From: the human T2T-CHM13v2.0 reference genome, Homo sapiens
DNA length: 64,000 bases
Direction: 5' to 3' (one strand)
Assembly (NCBI RefSeq): GCF_009914755.1
Contig: NC_060937.1
In this document: positions 16,301-33,300 of the stretch, piece after piece
Position numbering within the stretch: the stretch's first letter is position 1
Layout of the letters: each line of letters opens with the position of its first letter
Notes under the pieces: generated by a model
Seen by the model: the letters and a program-made list of their open reading frames with translations, nothing else
The model's database searches: none
What the model was told of the DNA's origin: nothing
Translations under genes and position numbers: made by a program

Positions 16301-19300
16301 CAAAGCATGTATTATATGCTGTACATAAAATATGAAAGTACATCAAATATATATTTTATTCTGTATATAAAATATCAAAGTACACCAAATATATATTCTA
16401 TACTGTACATAAAATATCAAGGTACCCAAACTATACATTATATACTGTACATAAAATATGAAATTACATCAAATATATATTATATTAGGTACATAAAATT
16501 TGAAAGTACATCAAATATAGATTATATACTGTACATAAAATATCAAAGTACCCAAATATATATCATATACTGTACATGAAATATCAAAGTTCACAAACTA
16601 TATATTATATACTGTACATAAAATATCAAAGTACCCAAACTATACATTATATACTGTACATAAAATATGAAATTACATCAAATATATATTATATTAGGTA
16701 TGTAAAATATGAAAGTACATCAAATATAGATTATATACTGTACATATAATACCAAAGTACCCCAAATATATATTTTATACTGTACATGAAATATCAAAGT
16801 TCTCAAACTATATATTATATACTGCACATAAAATATCAAAGTACCCAAGGTATATATTCCATACTGTACAAAAAATATCAAAGTACCCAAAGCATATATT
16901 ATATGCTGTACATAAAATATGAAAGTACATCAAATATATATTTTATTCTGTACATATAATATCAAAGTACACCAAATATATATTCTATACTGTACATAAA
17001 ATATCAAGGTACCCAAACTATACATTATATACTGTACATAAGATATGAAATTACATCAAATATATATTATATTAGGTACATAAAATATGAAAGTACATCA
17101 AATATAGATTCTATACTGTACATAAAATATCAAAGTACCCAAATATATATCATATACTGTACATGAAATATCAAAGTTCACAAACTATATATTATATACT
17201 GTACATAAAATATCAAAGTACCCAAACTATACATTATATACTGTACATAAAATATGAAATTACATCAAATATATATTATATTAGGTATGTAAAATATGAA
17301 AGTACATCAAATATAGATTATATACTGTACATAAAATACCAAAAAGTACCCCAAATATATATTTTATACTGTACATGAAATATCAAAGTTCTCAAGCTAT
17401 ATATTATATACTGCACATAAAATATCAAAATACTCAAGGTATATATTCCACACTGTACAAAAAATATCAAAGTACCCAAAGCATATATTATATGCTGTAC
17501 ATAAAATATGAAAGTACATCAAATATATATTTTATTCTGTACATAAAATATCAAATTACACCAAATATATATTCTATACTGTACATAAAATATCAAGGTA
17601 CCCAAACTATACATTATATACTGTACATAAAATATGAAATTACATCAAATATATATTATATTAGGTACATAAAATATGAAAGTACATCAAATATAGATTA
17701 TATACTGTACATAAAATATCAAACTACCCAAATATATATCATATACTGTACATGAAATATCAAAGTTCACAAACTATATATTATATACTGTACATAAAAT
17801 ATCAAAGTACCAAACTATACATTATATACTGTACATAAAAGATGAAATTACATCAAATATATATTTTATTAGGTATGTAAAATATGAAAGTACATCAAAT
17901 ATAGATTATATACTGCAGATAAAATACCAAAGTACCCCAAATATATATTTTATACTGTACATGAAATATCAAAGTTCTCAAACTATATATTATATACTGC
18001 ACATAAAATATCAAAGTACCCAAGGTATATATTCCATACCGTACAAAAAACATCAAAGTACAAAAGCATATATTGTATGCTGTACATAAAATATGAAAGT
18101 ACATGAAATATATATTTTATTCTCTACATAAAATATCAAAGTACACCAAATATATATTCTATACTGTACATAAAATATCAAGGTACCCAAACTATACATT
18201 ATATATTGTACATAAAATATGAAATTACATCAAATATATATTATATTAGGTACATAAAATATGAAAGTACATCAAATATAGATTCTATACTGTACATAAA
18301 ATATCAAAGTACCCAAATATATATCATATACTGTACATGAAATATCAAAGTTCACAAACTATATATTATATACTGTACATAAAATATAAAAGTACCCAAA
18401 CTATACATTATATACTGTACATAAAATATGAAATTACCTCAAATATATATTATATTAGGTATGTAAAATATGAAAGTACATCAAATATAGATTATATACT
18501 GTACATAAAATACCAATGTACCCCAAATATATATTTTATACTGTACATGAAATATCAAAGTTCTCAAACTATATATTATACTGCACCTAAAATATCAAAG
18601 TACCGAAGGTATATATTCCATACTGTACAAAAAATATCAAAGTACCCAAAGCATATATTATATGCTGTACATAAAATATGAAAGTACATGAAATATATAT
18701 TTTATTCTCTACATAAAATATCAAAGTACACCAAATATACATTCTATACTGTACATAAAATATCAAGGTACCCAAACTATACATTATATACTGTACATAA
18801 AATATGAAATTACATCAAATATATATTATATTAGGTACATAAAATATGAAAGTACATCAAATATAGATTATAAACTGTACATAAAATATCAAAGTACCCA
18901 AATATATATCATATACTGTACCTGAAATATCAAATTCACAAACTATATATTATATACTGTACATAAAATATCAAAATACCCAAACTATACATTATATACT
19001 GTACATAAAAGATGAAATTACATCAAATATATATTATATTAGGTATGTAAAATATGAAAGTACATCAAGTATAGATTATATACTGTACATAAAATACCAA
19101 AGTACCCCAAATATATATTTTATGCTGTACATGAAATATCAAAGTTCTCAAACTATATATTATATACTGCACATAAAATATCAAAGTACCCAAGGTATAT
19201 ATTCCATACTGTACAAAAAATATCAAAGTACCCAAAGCATATATTATATGCTGTACATAAAATATGAAAGTACATGAAATATATATTTTATTCTGTACAT

Positions 19301-19885
19301 AAAATATCAAAGTACACCAAATATATATTCTATACTGTACATAAAATATCAAGGTACCCAAACTATACATTACATACTGTACATAAAATATGAAATTACA
19401 TCAAGTATATATTATATTAGGTACATAAAATATGAAAGTACATCAAATATAGATTCTATACTGTACATAAAATACCAAAGTACCCCAAATATATATTTTA
19501 TACTCTACATGAAATATCAAAGTTCTCAAACTGTATATTATATACTGCACATAAAATATCAAAGTACCCAAGGTATATATTCCATACTGTACAAAAAATA
19601 TCAAAGTACCCAAAGCATATATTATATGCTGTACATAAAATATGAAAGTACATCAAATATATATGTTATTCTGTACATAAAATATCAAAGTACACCAAAT
19701 ATATATTTTATACTGTACATAAAATATCAAGGTACCCAAACTATACATTACATACTGTACATAAAATATGAAATTACATCAAATATATATTATATTAGGT
19801 ACATAAAATATGAAAGTACATCAAATATAGATTATATACTGTACATAAAATATCAAAGTACCCAAATATATATCATATACTGTAC

Positions 19886-22800
19886 ATGAAATATCAAAGT
19901 TCACAAACTATATATTATATACTGTACATAAAATATCAAAGTACCCAAACTATACATTATATACTGTACTTAAAATATGAAATTACATCAAATATATATT
20001 TTATTAGGTACGTAAAATATGAAAGTACATCAAACATAGATTATATACTGTACATAAAATACCAAAGTACCCCAAATATATATTTTATACTGTACATGAA
20101 ATATCAAAGTTCTCAAACTATATATTATATACTGCACATAAAATATCAAAGTACCCAAGGTAAATATTCCATACTGTACAAAAAATATCAAAGTACCCAA
20201 AGCATATATTATATGTTGTACATAAAATATGAAAGTACATGAAATATATATTTTATTCTGTATATAAAATATCAAAGTACACCAAATATATATTCTATAC
20301 TGTACATAAAATATCAAGGTACCCAAACTATACATTACATACTGTACATAAAATATGAAATTACATCAAATATATATTATATTAGGTACATAAAATATGA
20401 AAGTACATCAAATATAGATTCTATACTGTACATAAAATATCAAAGTACCCAAATATATATCAGATACTGTACATGAAATATCAAAGTTCACAAACTATAT
20501 ATTATATACTGTACATAAAATATCAAAGTACCCAAACTATACATTATATACTGTACATAAAATATGAAATTACATCAAATATATATTATATTAGGTATGT
20601 AAAATATGAAAGAACATCAAATATAGATTATATACTGTATATAAAATACCAAAGTACCCCAAATATATATTTTATGCTGTACATGAAATATCAAAGTTCT
20701 CAAACTATATATTATATACTGCACATAAAATATCAAAGTACCCAAGGTATGTATTCCATACTGTACAAAAAATATTAAAGTACCCAAAGCATACATTATA
20801 TGCTGTACATAAAATATGAAAGCACATGAAATATATATTTTATTCTCTACATAAAATATCAAAGTACACCAAATATATATTCTATACTGTACATAAAATA
20901 TCAATGTACCCAAACTATACATTATATACTGTACATAAAATATGAAATTACATCAAATATATATTATATTAGGTACATAAAATATGAAAGTACATCAAAT
21001 ATAGATTATATACTGTACATAAAATATCAAAGTACCCAAATATATATCATATACTGTACCTGAAATATCAAATTCACAAACTATATATTATATACTGTAC
21101 ATAAAATATCAAAGTACCCAAACTATACATTATATACTGTACATAAAAGATGAAATTACATCAAATATATATTATATTAGGTATGTAAAATATGAAAGTA
21201 CATCAAATATAGATTATATACTGTACATAAAATACCAAAGTACCCCAAATATGTATTTTATACTGTACATGAAATATCAAAATTCTCAAACTATATATTA
21301 TATACTGCACATAAAATATCAAAGTACCCAAGGTATGTATTCCATACTGTACAAAAAATATCAAAGTACCCAAAGCATATATTATATGCTGTAAATAAAA
21401 TATGAAAGTACATCAAATATATATTTTATTCTGTACATAAAATATCAAAGTACACCAAATATATATTCTATACTGTACATAAAATATCAAGGTACCCAAA
21501 CTATACATTACATACTGTACATAAAATATGAAATTACATCAAATATATATTATATTAGGTACATAAAATATGAAAGTACATCAAATATAGATTATATACT
21601 GTACATAAAATATCAAAGTACCCAAATATATATCATATACTGTACATGAAATATCAAAGTACACAAACTATATATTATATACTGTACATAAAATATCAAA
21701 GTACCCAAACTATACATTATATACTGTACATAAAATATGAAATTATATCAAATATATATTATATTAGGTATGTAAAATATGAAAATACATCAAATATAGA
21801 TTATATACTGTACATAAAATACCAAAGTACCCCAAATATATATTTTATACTGTACATGAAATATCAAAGTTCTCAAACTATATATTATATACTGCACATG
21901 AAATATCAAAGTACCCAAGGTATATATTCCATACTGTACAAAAAATATCAAAGTACCCAAAGCATATATTATATGCTGTACATAAAATATGAAAGTACAT
22001 CAAATATATATGTTATTCTGTACATAAAATATCAAAGTACACCAAATATATATTCTATACTGTACATAAAATATCAAGGTACCCAAACTATACATTACAT
22101 ACTGTACATAAAATATGAAATTACATCAAATATATATTATATTAGGTACATAAAATATGAAAGTACATCAAATATAGTTTCTATACTGTACATAAAATAT
22201 CAAAGTACCCAAATATATATCATATACTGTACATGAAATATCAAAGTTCACAAACTATATATTATATACTGTACATAAAATATCAAAGTACCCAAACTAT
22301 ACATTATATACTGTACTTAAAATATGAAATTACATCAAATATATATTTTATTAGGTACGTAAAATATGAAAGTACATCAAATATAGATTATATACTGTAC
22401 ATAAAATACCAAAGTACCCCAAATATATATTTTATACTGTACATGAAATATCAAAGTTCTCAAACTATATATTATATACTGCACATAAAATATCAAAGTA
22501 CCCAAGGTAAATATTCCATACTGTACAAAAAATATCAAAGTACCCAAAGCATATATTATATGCTGTACATAAAATATGAAAGTACATGAAATATATATTT
22601 TATTCTCTACATAAAATATCAAAGTACACCAAATATATATTCTATACTGTACATAAAATATCAAGGTACCCAAACTATACATTACATACTGTACATAAAA
22701 TATGAAATTACATCAAATATATATTATATTAGGTACATAAAATATGAAAGTACATCAAATATAGATTCTATACTGTACATAAAATATCAAAGTACCCAAA

Positions 22801-25160
22801 TATATATCAGATACTGTACATGAAATATCAAAGTTCACAAACTATATATTATATACTGTACATAAAATATCAAAGTACCCAAACTATACATTATATACTG
22901 TACATAAAAGATGAAATTATATCAAATATATATTATATTAGGTATGTAAAATATGAAAGTACATCAAATATAGATTATATACTGTACATAATATACCAAA
23001 GTACCCCAAATATATATTTTATACTGTACATGAAATATCAAAGTTCTCAAACTATATATTATATACTGCACATAAAATATCAAAGTACCCAAGGTATATA
23101 TTCCATACTGTACAAAAAATATCAAAGTACCCAAAGCATATATTATATGCTGTACATAAAATGTGAATGTACATCAAATATATATTTTATTCTGTACATA
23201 AAATGTCAAAGTACACCAAATATATATTCTATACTGTACATAAAATATCAAGGTACCCAAACTATACATTATATACTGTACATAAAATATGAAATTACAT
23301 CAAATATATATTATATTAGGTACATAAAATATGAAAGTACATCAAATATAGATTATATACTGTACATAAAATATCAAAGTACCCAAATATATATCATATA
23401 CTGTACATGAAATATCAAAGTTCACAAACTATATATTATATACTGTACATAAAATATCAAAGTACCCAAACTATACATTATATACTGTACATAAAATATG
23501 AAATTACATCAAACTTATATTATATTAGGTATGTAAAATATGAAAGTACATCAAGTATAGATTATATACTGTACATAAAATACCAAAGTACCCCAAATAT
23601 ATATTTTATACTGTACATGAAATATCAAAGTTCTCAAACTATATATTATATACTGCACATAAAATATCAAAGTACCCAAGGTATATATTCCAAACTGTAC
23701 AAAAAATATCAAAGTACCCAAAGCATATATTATATGCTGTACATAAAATATGAAAGTACATGAAATATATATTTTATTCTGTATATAAAATATCAAAGTA
23801 CACCAAATATATATTCTATACTGTACATAAAATATCAAGGTACCCAAACTATACATTACATACTGTACATAAAATATGAAATTACATCAAATATATATTA
23901 TATTAGGTACATAAAATATGAAAGTACATCAAATATAGATTCTATACTGTACATAAAATATCAAAGTACCCAAATATATATCATATACTGTATATGAAAT
24001 ATCAAAGTTCACAAACTATATATTATATACTGTACATAAAATATCAAAGTACCCAAACTATACATTATATACTGTACATAAAATATGAAATTACATCAAA
24101 TATATATTATATTAGGTATGTAAAATATGAAAGTACATCAAATATAGATTATATACTGTACATAAAATACCAAAGTACCCAAATATATATTTTATACTGT
24201 ACATGAAATATCAAAGTTCTCAACCTATATATTATATACTGCACATAAAATATCAAAGTACCCAAGGTATATATTCCATACTGTACAAAAAATATCAAAG
24301 TACCCAAAGCATATATTATATGCTGTACATAAAATATGAAAGTACATCAAATATATATTTTATTCTGTACATAAAATATCAAAGTACACCAAATATATAT
24401 TCTATACTGTACATAAAATATCAAGGTACCCAAACTATACATTACATACTGTACATAAAATATGAAATTACATCAAATATATATTATATTAGGTACATAA
24501 AATATGAAAGTACATCAAATATAGATTATATACTGTACATAAAATATCAAAGTACCCAAATATATATCATATACTGTACATGAAATATCAAAGTTCACAA
24601 ACTATATATTATATACTGTACATAAAACATCAAAGTACCCAAACTATACATTATATACTGTACTTAAAATATGAAATTACATCAAATATATATTTTATTA
24701 GGTACGTAAAATATGAAAGTACATCAAATATAGATTATATACTGTACATAAAATACCAAAGTACCCCAAATATATATTTTATACTGTACATGAAATATCA
24801 AAGTTCTCAAACTATATATTATATACTGCACATAAAATATCAAAGTACCCAAGGTAAATATTCCATACTGTACAAAAAATATCAAAGTACCCAAAGCATA
24901 TATTATATGTTGTACATAAAATATGAAAGTACATGAAATATATATTTTATTCTGTATATAAAATATCAAAGTACACCAAATATATATTCTATACTGCACA
25001 TAAAATATCAAGGTACCCAAACTATACATTACATACTGTACATAAAATATGAAATTACATCAAATATATATTATATTAGGTATATAAAATATGAAAGTAC
25101 ATCAAATATAGATTATATACTGTACATAAAATATCAAAGTACCCAAATATATATCATATA
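19886..25160 (+). repeat. 2,347-bp (4 x 14-mer) local super-repeat
   Basis: The variant unit with GTACTTAAAA, GGTACGTAAA, AAGGTAAATATTCC and an in-frame TGA starts at 19886, 22233 and 24580. Confidence 0.8.
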
Positions 25161-28100
25161 CTGTACCTGAAATATCAAATTCACAAATTATATATTATAT
25201 ACTGTACATAAAATATCAAAATACCCAAACTATACATTATATACTGTACATAAAAGATGAAATTACATCAAATATATATTATATTAGGTATGTAAAATAT
25301 GAAAGTACATCAAATATAGATTATATACTGTACATAAAATACCAAAGTACCCCAAATATGTATTTTATACTGTACATGAAATATCAAAGTTCTCAAACTA
25401 TATATTATATACTGCACATAAAATATCAAAGTACCCAAGGTATATATTCCATACTGTACAAAAAATATCAAACTACCCAAAGCATATATTATATGCTGTA
25501 CATAAAATATGAAAGTACATCAAATATATATTTTATTCTGTACATAAAATATCAAACTACACCAAATATATATTCTATACTGTACATAAAATATCAAGGT
25601 ACCCAAACTATACATTACATACTGTACATAAAATATGAAATTACATCAAATATATATTATATTAGGTACATAAAATATGAAAGTACATCAAATATAGATT
25701 CTATACTGTACATAAAATATCAAAGTACCCAAATATATATCATATACTGTACATGAAATATCAAAGTACACAAACTATATATTATATACTGTACATAAAA
25801 TATCAAAGTACCCAAACTATACATTATATACTGTACATAAAATATGAAATTACATCAAATATATATTATATTAGGTATGTAAAATATGAAAATACATCAA
25901 ATATAGATTATATACTGTACATAAAATAGCAAAGTACCCCAAATATATATTTTATACTCTACATGAAATATCAAAGTTCTCAAACTATATATTATATACT
26001 GCACATGAAATATCAAAGTACCCAAGGTATATATTCCATACTGTACAAAAAATATCAAAGTACCCAAAGCATATATTATATGCTGTACATAAAATATGAA
26101 AGTACATCAAATATATATTTTACTCTGTACATAAAATATCAAAGTGCACCAAATATATATTCTATACTGTACATAAAATATCAAGGTACCCAAACTATAC
26201 ATTATATACTGTACATAAAATATGAAATTACATCAAATATATATTATATTAGGTACGTAAAATATGAAAGTACATCAAATATAGATTATATACTGTACAT
26301 AAAATATCAAAGTACCCAAATATATATCATATACTGTACATGAAATATCAAAGTTCACAAACTATATATTATATACTGTACATAAAATATCAAAGTACCC
26401 AAACTATACATTATATACTGTACATAAAATATGAAATTACATCAAATATATATTTTATTAGGTATGTAAAATATGAAAGTACATCAAATACAGATTATAT
26501 ACTGTACATAAAATACCAAAGTACCCCAAATATATATTTTATACTGTACATGAAATATCAAAGTTCTCAAACTATATATTATATACTGCACATAAAATAT
26601 CAAAGTACCCAAGGTATATATTCCATACTGTACAAAAAAATGTCAAAGTACCCAAAGCATATATTATATGCTGTACATAAAATATGAAAGTACATCAAGT
26701 ATATATTCTATACTGTACATAAAATATCAAGGTACCCAAACTATACATTATATACTGTATATAAGATATGAAATTACATCAAATATATATTATATTATGT
26801 ACGTAAAATATGAAAGTACATCAAATATAGCTTATATACTGTACATAAAATATCAAAGTACCCAAATATATATCATATACTGTACATGAAATATCAAAGT
26901 TCACACACTATATATTATATACTGTACATAAAATATCAAAGTACCCAAACTATACATTATATACTGTACATAAAATATGAAATTACATCAAATATATATT
27001 TTATTAGGTATGTAAAATATGAAAGTACATCAAATATAGATTATATACTGTACATAAAATACCAAAGTACCCCAAATATATATTTTATACTGTACATGAA
27101 ATATCAAAGTTCTCAAACTATATATTATATACTGCACATAAAATATCAAAGTACCCAAGGTATATATTCCATACTGTACAAAAAATATCAAAGTACCCAA
27201 AGCATATATTATATGCTGTACATAAAATATGAAAGTAAATGAAATATATATTTTATTCTCTACATAAAATATCAAAGTACACCAAATATATATTCTATAC
27301 TGTACATAAAATATCAAGGTACCCAAACTATATATTATATACTGTACATAAAATATGAAATTACATCAAATATATATTATATTAGGTACATAAAATATGA
27401 AAGTACATCAAATATAGATTATATACTGTACATAAAATATCAAAGTACCCAAATATATATCATATACTGTACATGAAATATCAAAGTTCACAAACTATAT
27501 ATTATATACTGTACATAAAATATCAAAGTACCCAAACTATACATTATATACTGTACATAAAATATGAAATTACATCAAATATATATTATATTAGGTATGT
27601 AAAATATGAAAGTACATCAAATATAGATTATATACTGTACATAAAATACCAAAGTACCCCAAATATATATTTAATACTGTACATGAAATATCAAAGTTCT
27701 CAAACTATATATTATATACTGCACATAAAATATCAAAGTACCCAAGGTATATATTCCATACTGTACAAAAAATATCAAAGTACCCAAAGCATATATTATA
27801 TGCTGTACATAAAATATGAAAGTACATCAAATATATATTTTATTCTGTACATAAAATATCAAAGTACACCAAATATATATTCTATACTTTACATAAAATA
27901 TCAAGGTACCCAAACTATACATTATATACTGTACATAAAATATGAAATTACATCAAATATATATTATATTAGGTACATAAAATATGAAAGTACATCAAAT
28001 ATAGATTATATACTGTACATAAAATATCAAACTACCCAAATATATATCATATACTGTACATGAAATATCAAGGTACCCAAACTATACATTATATACTGTA

Positions 28101-30350
28101 CATAAAATATGAAATTACATCAAATATATATTAGATTAGGTATATAAAATATGAAATTACATCAAATATATATTATATTAGGTATGTAAAATATGAAAGT
28201 AAATCAAATATAGATTATATACTGTACATAAAATACCAAAGTACCCCAAATATATATTTTATACTGTACATGAAATATCAAAGTTCTCAAACTATATATT
28301 ATATACTGCAAATAAAATATAAAAGTACCCAAGGTATATATTCCATACTGTACAAAAAATATCAAAGTACCCAAAGCATATATTATATGCTGTACAGAAA
28401 ATATGAAAGTACATCAAATATATATTTTACTCTGTACATAAAATATCAAAGTACACCAAATATATATTCTATACTGTACATAAAATATCAAGGTACCCAA
28501 ACTATACATTATATACTGTACATAAAATATGAAATTACATCAAATATATATTATATTAGGTACATAAAATATGAAAGTACATCAAATATAGATTATATAC
28601 TGTACATAAAATATCAAAGTACCCAAATATATATCATATACTGTACATGAAATATCAAAGTTCACAAACTATATATTATATACTGTACATAAAATATCAA
28701 AGTACCCAAACTATACATTATATACTGTACATAAAATATGAAATTACATCAAATATATATTTTATTAGGTATGTAAAATATGAAAGTACATCAAATATAG
28801 ATTATATACTGTACATAAAATACCAAAGTACCCCAAAAATATATTTTATACTGTACATGAAATATCAAAGTTCTCAAACTATATATTATATACTGCACAT
28901 AAAATATCAAAGTACCCAAGCTATATATTCCATACTGTACAAAAAATATCAAAGTACCCAAAGCATATATTATATGCTGTACATAAAATATGAAAGTACA
29001 TCAAATATATATTTTATTCTGTACATAAAATATCAAAGTGCACCAAATATATATTCTATACTGTACATAAAATATCAAGGTACCAAAACTATACATTATA
29101 TACTGTACATAAAATATGAAATTACATCAAATATATATTATATTAGGTACATAAAATATGAAAGTACATCAAATATAGATTATATACTGTACATAAAATA
29201 TCAAAGTACCCAAATATATATCATATACTGTACATGAAATATCAAAGTTCACAAACTATATATTATATACTGTACATAAAATATCAAAGTACCCAAAGTA
29301 TACATTATATACTGTACATAAAATATGAAATTACATCAAATATATATTATATTAGGTATGTAAAATATGAAAGTACATCAAATATAGATTATATACTGTA
29401 CATAAAATACCAAAGAACCCCAAATATATATTTTATACTGTACATGAAATATCAAAGTTCTCAAAATTTATATTATATACTGCACATAAAATATCAAAGT
29501 ACCCAAGGTATATATTCCATACTGTACAAAAAATATCAAAGTACCCAAAGCATATATTATATGCTGTACATAAAATATGAAAGTACATCAAATATATATT
29601 TTATTCTGTACATAAAATATCAAAGTACACCAAATAAATATTCTAAACTGCACATAAAATATAAAATTACCCAAACTATACATTATATACTGTACATAAA
29701 ATATGAAATTACATCAAATATATATTATATTAGGTACATAAAATATGAAAGTACATCAAATATAGATTATATACTGTACATAAAATATCAAAGTACCCAA
29801 ATATATATCATATACTGTACATGAAATATCAAAGTTCACAAACTATATATTATATACTGTACATAAAATATCAAAGTACCCAAACTATACATTACATACG
29901 GTACATAAAATATGAAATTACATCAAATATGTATTTTATTAGGTATGTAAAATATGAAAGTACATCAAATATAGATTATATACTGTACATAAAATACCAA
30001 AGTACCACAAATATATATTTTATACTGTACATGAAATATCAAAGTTCTCAAACTCTATATTATATACTGCACATAAAATATCAAAGTACCCAAGGTATAT
30101 ATTCCATACTGTACAAAAAATATCAAAGTACCCAAAGCATATATTATATGCTGTACATAAAATATGAAAGTACATGAAATATATATTTTATTCTATACAT
30201 AAAATATCAAAGTACACCAAATATATATTCTATACTGTACATAAAATATCAAGGTACCCAAACTATACATTATATACTGTACATAAAATATGAAATTACA
30301 TCAAATATATATTATATTAGGTACATAAAATATGAAAGTACATCAAATAT

Positions 30351-33300
30351 AGATTCTATACTGTACATAAAATATCAAAGTACCCAAATATATATCATAT
30401 ACTGTACATGAAATATCAAAGTTCACAAACTATATATTATATACCGTACATAAAATATCAAAGTACCCAAACTATACATTATATTCTGTACTTAAAATAT
30501 GAAATTACATCAAATATATTTTATTAGGTACGTAAAATATGAAAGTACATCAAATATAGATTATATACTGTACACAAAATACCAAAGTACCCCAAATATA
30601 TATTTTATACTGTACATGAAATATCAAAGTTCTCAAACTATATATTACATACTGCACATAAAATACCAAAGTACCCAAGGTATATATTCCATACTGTACA
30701 AAAAATATCAAAGTACCCAAAGCATATATTATATGCTGTACCTAAAATATGAAAATACATCAAATATATGTTTTATTCTGTAGATAAAATATCAAAGTAC
30801 ACCAAATATATATTCTATACTGTACATAAAATATCAAGGTACCCAAACTATACATTACATACTGTACATAAAATATGAAATTACATCAAATATATATTAT
30901 ATTAGGTACATAAAATATGAAAGTACATCAAATATAGATTATATACTGTACATAAAATATCAAAGTACCCAAATATATATCATATACTGTACATGAAATA
31001 TCAAAGTTCACAAACTATATATTATATACTGTACATAAAATATCAAAGTACCCAAACTATACATTATATACTGTACATAAAATATGAAATTACATCAAAT
31101 ATATATTATATTAGGTATGTAAAATATGAAAGTACATCAAATATAGATTATATACTGTACATAAAATACCAAAGTACCCCAAATATATATTTAATACTGT
31201 ACATGAAATATCAAAGTTCTCAAACTATATATTATATACTGCACATAAAATATCAAAGTACCCAAGGTATATATTCCATACTGTACAAAAAATATCAAAG
31301 TACCCAAAGCATATATTATATGCTGTACATAAAATATGAAAGTACATCAAATATATATTTTATTCTGTACATAAAATATCAAAGTACACCAAATATATAT
31401 TCTATACTTTACATAAAATATCAAGGTACCCAAACTATACATTATATACTGTACATAAAATATGAAATTACATCAAATATATATTATATTAGGTACATAA
31501 AATATGAAAGTACATCAAATATAGATTATATACTGTACATAAAATATCAAACTACCCAAATATATATCATATACTGTACATGAAATATCAAGGTACCCAA
31601 ACTATACATTATATACTGTACATAAAATATGAAATTACATCAAATATATATTAGATTAGGTATATAAAATATGAAATTACATCAAATATATATTATATTA
31701 GGTATGTAAAATATGAAAGTAAATCAAATATAGATTATATACTGTACATAAAATACCAAAGTACCCCAAATATATATTTTATACTGTACATGAAATATCA
31801 AAGTTCTCAAACTATATATTATATACTGCACATAAAATATCAAAGTACCCAAGGTATATATTCCATACTGTACAAAAAATATCAAAGTACCCAAAGCATG
31901 TATTATATGCTGTACAGAAAATATGAAAGTACATCAAATATATATTTTACTCTGTACATAAAATATCAAAGTACACCAAATATATATTCTATAATGTACA
32001 TAAAATATCAAGGTACCCAAACTATACATTATATACTGTACATAAAATATGAAATTACATCAAATATATATTATATTAGGTACATAAAATATGAAAGTAC
32101 ATCAAATATAGATTATATACTGTACATAAAATATCAAAGTACCCAAATATATATCATATACTGTACATGAAATATCAAAGTTCACAAACTATATATTATA
32201 TACTGTACATAAAATATCAAAGTACCCAAACTATACATTATATACTGTACATAAAATATGAAATTACATCAAATATATATTTTATTAGGTATGTAAAATA
32301 TGAAAGTACATCAAATATAGATTATATACTGTACATAAAATACCAAAGTACCCCAAAAATATATTTTATACTGTACATGAAATATCAAAGTTCTCAAACT
32401 CTATATTATATACTGCACATAAAATATCAAAGTACCCAAGCTATATATTCCATACTGTACAAAAAATATCAAAGTACCCAAAGCATATATTATATGCTGT
32501 ACATAAAATATGAAAGTACATCAAATATATATTTTATTCTGTACATAAAATATCAAAGTGCACCAAATATATATTCTATACTGTACATAAAATATCAAGG
32601 TACCCAAACTATACATTATATACTGTACATAAAATATGAAATTACATCAAATATATATTATATTAGGTACATAAAATATGAAAGTACATCAAATATAGAT
32701 TCTATACTGTACATAAAATATCAAAGTACCCAAATATATATCATATACTGTACATGAAATATCAAAGTTCACAAACTATATATTATATACTGTACATAAA
32801 ATATCAAAGTACCCAAACTATACATTATATTCTGTACTTAAAATATGAAATTACATCAAATATATTTTATTAGGTACGTAAAATATGAAAGTACATCAAA
32901 TATAGATTATATACTGTACACAAAATACCAAAGTACCCCAAATATATATTTTATACAGTACATGAAATATCAAAGTTCTCAAACTATATATTACATACTG
33001 CACATAAAATATCAAAGTACCCAAGGTATATATTCCATACTGTACAAAAAATATCAAAGTACCCAAAGCATATATTATATGCTGTACCTAAAATATGAAA
33101 ATACATCAAATATATGTTTTATTCTGTAGATAAAATATCAAAGTACACCAAATATATATTCTATACTGTACATAAAATATCAAGGTACCCAAACTATACA
33201 TTATATACTATACATAAGATATGAAATTACATCAAATATATATTATATTAGGTACATAAAATATGAAAGTACATCAAATATAGATTCTATACTGTACATA

